Below are positions 57,601 through 64,000 of a stretch of DNA of 64,000 nucleotides, in pieces. A program made the position numbers and the translations under genes. Every line of letters begins with the position of its first letter. The stretch's first letter is position 1. The stretch spans positions 1 through 64,000 of the forward strand of contig NIVC01001554.1 of the NCBI GenBank assembly GCA_002269645.1, in the 5' to 3' direction. The notes below the pieces were generated by a model. That model was not told where the DNA came from and made no database searches. It saw only the letters and a list, made by a program, of their open reading frames with translations. The stretch is from Macrostomum lignano (taxonomy: Eukaryota).

Positions 57601-60600
57601 GGTGTCGGAGCCGGCGGCAACGAGGAATCCGGTGACGAGGCCCTGCTGAAGAAGGCCAAGGCAGCCGAGGATGCCGAGGACGATGACGTGGACCCGCTAG
57701 ACGCCTACATGGCCCAGCTGCAGAAAGCTGGCCCGCAAAAGCAGGAGCCAAAGTCTGCAACAGCGGCCCCGCTAGCTAACTCCGCCGCGGCGGGTACGGG
57801 CTCTGGGCCCAGAGTCACCATCATCAGGGCGACGGGCTCGGCAGCTGGGCCGGGCAGCGAGCCCCAGTCCGCGCCGGCTGGCACCGCTAAGTCGGCCAGT
57901 TCGACGCGCAAAGGCGAACTAATGGAGGCGGATGCTGATGGCCTGGAGTACTCTAGCGAAGAGGAAGAGCAGACCCTAGAGGAGGCGCTGATGGCGCGTA
58001 CTGGCTCCGCTCGCAAAGAGAAACTCATCTCTGTTGATCACTCCAAGATTGAGTACGCTCCATTTACTAAGGCTTTCTATCGCGAGTGCCCGGAAGTGGC
58101 AGAAATGACGCCGGAAGCGGTGGCCGAGCTGCGCCGCGAGCTCGGCGGCATTCAGGCCAAGGGACGCAATTGTCCGAAGCCCGTACGTGACTGGGCCCAG
58201 GCCGGGCTCAGCTCCAACCTGCTCAATCTGCTCAGGCACTATAAATTTGATAAGCCCACGCCCATTCAGTGCCAGGCTTTGCCCATTGCGCTCTCGGGCA
58301 GGTGGGTACTTTATTGCATATAGGTCTTTTATTGAGCAATTTCATAGCATGTATATCCTCTGCTTCCATTCTTGCATATCCTCTGCTTCCATTCTTACAT
58401 ATCCTCTGCTTCCATCCCTGTATATCCTCCGCTTCCATCCCTGCATATCCTCCGCTTCCATCCCTGCATATCCTCCGCTTCCATCCCTGCATATCATTTG
58501 CTTCCATCCCTGCAACTCCGCTTGCATCCCTGCATATCCTCCGCTTCCATACCTACATATCCTCCGCTTCTACCCCTGCATATCATCCGCTTCCACCCCT
58601 ACATATCCTCAACTTCCATCCCTGCATATCCTCTGCTTCCATCCCTGCATATTCTCTGCTTCCATCCCTGCATATTCTTTGCTTCCATCCCTGCATATCC
58701 TCTGCTTCCATCCCTGCATATTCTTTGCTTCCATCCCTGCATATCATCCGCTTCCATCCCTGCATATTCTTTGCTTCCATCCCTGCATATCCTCTGCTTC
58801 CATCCCTGCATATTCTTTGCTTCCATCCCTGCATATTCTCTGCTTCCATCCCTGCATATTCTTTGCTTCCATCCCTGCATATCCTCTGCTTCCATCCCTG
58901 CATATTCTCTGCTTCCATCCTGCATATTCTTTGCTTCCATCCCTGCATATCCTCTGCTTCCATCCCTGCATATTCTTTGCTTCCATCCCTGCATATCCTC
59001 TGCTTCCATCCCTGCATATTCTTTGCTTCCATCCCTGCATATCCTCTGCTTCCATCCCTGCATATCATCCGCTTCCATCCCCGCATATCCCCTGCTTCCA
59101 TCCCTGCATATCATCCGCTTCCATCCCTGCATATCCCTTGCTTCCATCCCTGCAGAGACATGATCGGCATAGCGGCCACGGGTTCAGGCAAGACCCTGGC
59201 CTTCCTGCTGCCGCTGCTGGTGCATATCCGCGCTCAGCCACCTCTTGAGGCGGGCGAAGGCCCCATGGCTGTAGTGATGACGCCAACCCGCGAGCTGGCC
59301 CTGCAGATCTTCAAAGAGGCCAAACGGTTCGCTAAGCATCTCAGACTTCGCGTTGTCTGCGTGTACGGCGGCACGGGCATCTCGGAGCAGATTGCCGAGC
59401 TGAAGCGCGGCTGCGAGATTGTCGTCTGCACGCCTGGCCGAATGATCGACATGCTGGCGGCCAACGCCGGCCGGGTTACTAACCTGCGCCGGACTACTTT
59501 CTGCGTGCTAGACGAAGCTGACCGAATGTTCGACATGGGATTCGAGCCGCAGGTAAGACCGCCTCTCTCTCCGCAGATTAGTTTAAACCGTCTCCCAAGG
59601 TGTTGCTATGCAAGCGGGCAAGGGGGCTGCGCTTAAAAAACAACTGGCTTGCTTAAGGCGGAGCGGAGCACCGCAAACACGATCCCTCTATTTCAGCGGT
59701 GAAAAAAAATTAATTCAGCTCCGACGCGGCCCCGGATTGCAACTGAATTCAAATTCATTGTGTGTTTGGCCGCTGTCGCATTGCTGATTATTAGCGCCGG
59801 TGAGTTCGGGCACCATTGCTGACTGTTAGTATATTATTCACCTTATCTATCCGTCTATTCGGGCTCCGTACTGTCAACTGAATTCCGTTATCTTTACAGA
59901 AAATCATGCGAGCCGACTCATTTACCGACTGATTGATTGATTTATTGAATAATGAAATCGCTGCAGGTCTTGCAACAGAGCAGAATCGCCGACTGGAGAA
60001 GTGGATTTTATGATTGCTAAAAATTATCTTTTTTTAAATAACAGTTTTTGTTACAGAATGTTAGCAGGCCTACTTACTAGTAGTAGGTGGGGGCTGTAGC
60101 CTTGTGGTTAGAGTGCCGGACTCACGACTGAAAGGTCCGGGATTCGATTTCCGATCCCACTGGAACAGTTTGTGTCCTTGAGCAAGACACTCAACTCTGC
60201 ATTGCTTCAGTTCACCCAGCTGTAAAATGGGTGCCAGCATTAGCTGGGGTAATTAAGGGTGTGCATGCGACCCTCCAGTCCTTGGACTGAACAGCCGTAC
60301 GCAGACTTCAGATGCGCCGTGCAATAGCTGCGGCTGAGCAGCCGATTGCACATCTGCTCATTAGAGCAGGTGTAATCAATTATCATTGTTATTGTTATTA
60401 CTAAGTAGTAAACTGAGAAATTCGTATCAAAATCCTGTGCAAAATCCGCTTAATGAGATATATTATACGAGGCGTGCCCTAATATTAATGCTACTTTTTA
60501 TCGCACCTAGTTAGCAGACTACAGGCCCACATACTCGTAGTTGTTGTCACTAGAAAGCGGCAAGTCTCTTAAAAAATAACTTTAATTTCAATGGCTTTGT

Positions 60601-63600
60601 ATCAGTAGTTTCAGAGATGTGGTTAGTTGAGTAGAGCAAGGTCGCTCTTGGACTAACTTACACGACGTCGCATATGTGCCAAAAATAGATTCCATGCATT
60701 CGCTGTCTATGGTCTAAAGCAGAGGTCGGCAAACTCCGGCCCGCAAGCCACATGCGGCCCGCAAAGCCTCTCTATCCGGCTCTCGGGTCCTTTGAAACTT
60801 CACAATAGCAATCCGGCCTGCTCAAGGTTTGTGTCTCTCCTCTCCTCTCCTCCTATATCCCTTCTCCTTTCTCCTCTCCTATCACTTCCCACCTCTCCTC
60901 TCCTCTCCCTTCTCTCTCCTCTCCCTCCTCTGGCCCGCAGTCATGTTTTAGGTTCCAAATCTGGCCCTTAAGATAAAAAATGGCCGACCTTGCTCTACTC
61001 AACTAACCATAATTCTCAAACTACTTATCGAAATCCATTAAAATTAAATTTATATTTAAGACTTGCCGCTTTCTTGGCACCAAATGTATTGGTCTGCAGT
61101 TTACTAACGATGAGCTGCGAAAAAAATAGCACTAATGGGCACGCCTCGTATTAACGGGGTTGTGCCACTGAAAGGTATATTCTTACGGGCTAAGCAGCTC
61201 AGTGGTAAACAAGTCAGACATTCGCGCCACAAGCCCTGGTGAAAGTGAAAGGGTTGTCGTGAAAGCTATGAGGGCCAACCCAGGGAATCCCTGGCCAATA
61301 GGATTCCCTGGCCAACCCCCCAAAGCACGGAGAGTGTACATGCCTGACGATTACAATGTCAGGGTCGCTTTGCACCCTATGTGAGCGTCTGGATGAGTTT
61401 TGTGCCTGCAAACAGTTTTGGCGCGCTTCACGATTAGGGTCAGTGGATGGGCAACGGGTGCCCGCAATCCTTTTGCAAATATTATTTATTTACACGCTCA
61501 ACTGCCGCCCTCTAGTCTAATAGCAGTCTCCTCTCCTCTCCCCGCAATCGCAGGTGATGAAAATCGTTGAATCAATTCGGCCCGACCGTCAGACGCTGAT
61601 GTTCAGCGCGACGTTCCCCCGCCAAATGGAGATTCTGGCGCGCAAAGTGCTGGACTCGCCTATCGAAGTGGTGGTGGGCGGCCGGGCGGTTGTCTGCAGC
61701 GAGGTTCAACAGGAGATCATCCTGCTGACTGAGGACGACAAGTTCTTTAAGCTGTTGGAACTGTTGGGCGTCTATCAGGAGCGCGGCGGCTGTCTGATCT
61801 TTGTTGACCGACAGGAGAAGGCTGACGAGCTGATGAAGCTGCTGATGAAGCACGCCTATCCGTGCCTGTCTCTGCACGGCGGCATCGACCAGTACGACCG
61901 GGACAGCGTCATCACCGCCTTCAAGCGAGGCGACGCCCGCCTGCTGATCGCCACCAGTGTGGCCGCCCGCGGCCTTGACGTCACCGGCCTCATTCTGGTT
62001 GTCAACTACGACTGCCCCAATCACTACGAGGATTATGTGCACCGCTGCGGCAGGTGCGACTGGGAGTTGCTTACTGTATTTAATCTTGTTAGATGTCCTC
62101 TTAGACTGATTGACGCCTTTGACCCTCATATCCCTCACGATACCTAAGGGCTGTCACCTTTGACCCTCATCTTCTCCCTCACGATACCTAAGGGCTGTCA
62201 CCTTTGACCCTCATCTTCTCCCTCACGATACCTAAGGGCTGTCACCTTTGACCCTCATCTTCTCCCTCACGATACCTAAGGGCTGTCACCTTTGACCCTC
62301 ATCTTCTCCCTCACGATACCTAAGGGCTGTCACCTTTGACCCTCATCTTCTCCCTCACGATACCTAAGGGCTGTCACCTTTGACCCTCATCTTCTCCCTC
62401 ACGATACCTAAGGGCTGTCACCTTTGACCCTCATCTTCTCCCTCACGATACCTAAGGGCTGTCACCTTTGACCCTCATCTTCTCCCTCACGATACCTAAG
62501 GGCTGTCACCTTTGACCCTCATCTTCTCCCTCACGATACCTAAGGGCTGTCACCTTTGACCCTCATCTTCTCCCTCACGATACCTAAGGGCTGTCACCTT
62601 TGACCCTCATCTTCTCCCTCACGATACCTAAGGGCTGTCACTTTTGGGTTGACGACTAAACATGGATTTTGGGGAAAGTTTGAGAGTGGGTCAGAGACCA
62701 AGCTCTACTGCTACTTTGCTCCCTGAGTCTCCTGATTTCAATGCTAATTATTGAAATATTACACGTAAGCTTCAACTCTACCGCGCAGGACCGGCCGGGC
62801 CGGCAACAAGGGCCACGCCGTGACTTTCATCACTCGCGATCAGGAGAAACACGCCGGCGATCTGATCTGGGCGCTTAAATTGGCCCAGGCAAATGTGCCA
62901 GCCAATCTGCAGGCTTTATGGGACGCCTACGTGCAGCGAATGGAGGCTGAGGGCAAACCTGTGAGTAGTAGTAGTAGTTAAAGTCTATAGTCGATTTTTA
63001 TTTTATAGGAAACAAAAGTTGCGAGCCAACATCAAAACGCGCAGTTCAATGTGTGCAGACACAGTAGAGAAAGTCAGGACCGCTGTACACCCTGCGTGGG
63101 TGCCTGCGTACTTAATCCGTCTGCTCGCCTCCCCGCTGATAAATCCCTTATTAATACGAATTTCATCACAGTGCGGCTTTAAAGTAAGTGACTTACCGAA
63201 TCACGTCAAATTTACCTCTCGCCCCGCCAGGTGCGCAGCGCCAGCGGCTTCACTCGCCGCTGCAAAGGCTACGCATTTGACGACGAGGAGTCGCGCCTAG
63301 CCAAAGATCGCAAGAAGCTGCAGAAAGCCTCCATGGGTCTGCAGGACTCCGACGACGAGGCCGACAATATCGACGATCACATTGAGGAGCTCTTCGCCCC
63401 GCGACAGCGCGTCAAGAATGTGGCGCCCGGCGCTCCCACTGCCTCATCGACTGCCGCTTCGACCTCAGCGACGCTCACCTCTGCTGCCGCTAGCGGTGTC
63501 GCTTTATCCTCAGCCTCCAACACGGTTGCGGTATCTTCCTTGCAATCTTCTGCTGCACCGTCCACCCCGGCCGCCGCCGCCGCTGCCGCTGCAGCCGCTG

Positions 63601-63967
63601 CAATCGCCGCCAACTGGGCCGCTGGTAACGTTGGAGGCGGGGCCGCCCCGGTGGGCTCGGCTGCCTCCGCTGTGCCTGACGTAGCTGCAGCCGCAGCCGC
63701 CGCTGAGCAGCAGCCGCAAAACGAGGAGCTCCAGCGGAAACTGCAGCTGGCCAAGCAGCGGGCCACGCTGGTTAATCTGGGCCGCCAGGAGGACCAGCAG
63801 CAGGCAGCCGCCACAGCCATGCGCGGCTCAGTCAGCCTGAATCCGTCATCGATCTCCGTTAGCAGCAAAACTCTGGCTAACCAGATGGCCGAGCGATTGA
63901 ATGTCCGACTGGGCTACCGGCCAGCCGAGGAGACTCCAGTGGAAGCTGAGGAGACCACTGTGAAACG
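54692..63967 (+). CDS. DDX46: DEAD-box RNA helicase DDX46/Prp5, 5' part (continues past window). Exons 54692-54708, 57027-58301, 59156-59552, 61554-62053, 62789-62960, 63231-63967
   Basis: RD/RS-rich N-terminus, Prp5 DPLD motif ([10 protein letters not shown]), Q motif [54 protein letters not shown]. The 17-nt first exon (ATG..AG/GTAAGC) is less certain. Confidence 0.96.
55090..55789. mobile_element. MITE with ~100-bp terminal inverted repeats (TAGTCC...GGACTA) in DDX46 intron 1
   Basis: tagtccagatacatatatgcgcaaccttgggaatcactcagccatttctattggcaacacac... mirrored at about 55690-55789. Confidence 0.85.
58350..59155 (+). repeat. 23-bp minisatellite (cttccatccctgcatatcctctg), DDX46 intron 2
   Basis: About 35 units running up to the acceptor. 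Confidence 0.96.
60089..60402 (+). mobile_element. tRNA-derived SINE family B, full copy
   Basis: GGGGGCTGTAGCCTTGTGG (A box), GATTCGATTTC (B box), CORE-like block, (ATT/GTT) tail. Confidence 0.88.
60720..60992. mobile_element. hAT (Charlie-like) MITE
   Basis: Left end CAGAGGTCGGCAAACTCCGGCCCGC, right end GGCCGACCTTG, internal GGCCC motifs, TCTA-containing flanks. Confidence 0.7.
62115..62645 (+). repeat. 44-bp minisatellite (cctttgaccctcatcttctccctcacgatacctaagggctgtca), about 12 near-identical copies, DDX46 intron 4
   Basis: Direct tandem copies. Confidence 0.97.
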
Positions 63968-64000
63968 GTAAGGCCCGGCTGTAGAATTCCAGGTAGAACT

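Noticed and set aside
58187-59155. 353-aa and 455-aa ORFs
   Set aside because: Products of the 23-bp array. Retaining the 854-nt intron hits a stop at 58321-58323.
61344-61350. Hammerhead ribozyme core CTGACGA (also CTGATGA on - strand near 15527)
   Set aside because: No stem II closing onto GAAA could be built.

Overview
Eukaryotic, intron-rich animal DNA. GC-rich exons sit in AT-rich spacers packed with mini- and microsatellites, which suggests a free-living flatworm such as Macrostomum (inference). Hand-splicing with GT-AG boundaries and phase checks gives six + strand genes: the 3' part of NPHP1, DPAGT1/ALG7, an ENTPD4/7-type UDPase, TBCCD1, a CTDSP/SCP phosphatase and the 5' part of DDX46/PRP5. 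The - strand carries a two-exon universal-stress-protein (UspA) domain gene, a near-intact DD34D mariner with one in-frame stop, and a candidate neuropeptide precursor nested antisense in CTDSP intron 3 (12 tandem [10 protein letters not shown][R/P/H]RF units separated by KR). Most large introns hold their own tandem array. Two tRNA-derived SINE families and several MITE families are present. The top leads are the nested neuropeptide-like precursor, the divergent USP gene, nested complementary repeats in the ENTPD introns, and intronic arrays built from splice-site-like units. Family assignments come from recalled motifs, not database searches.
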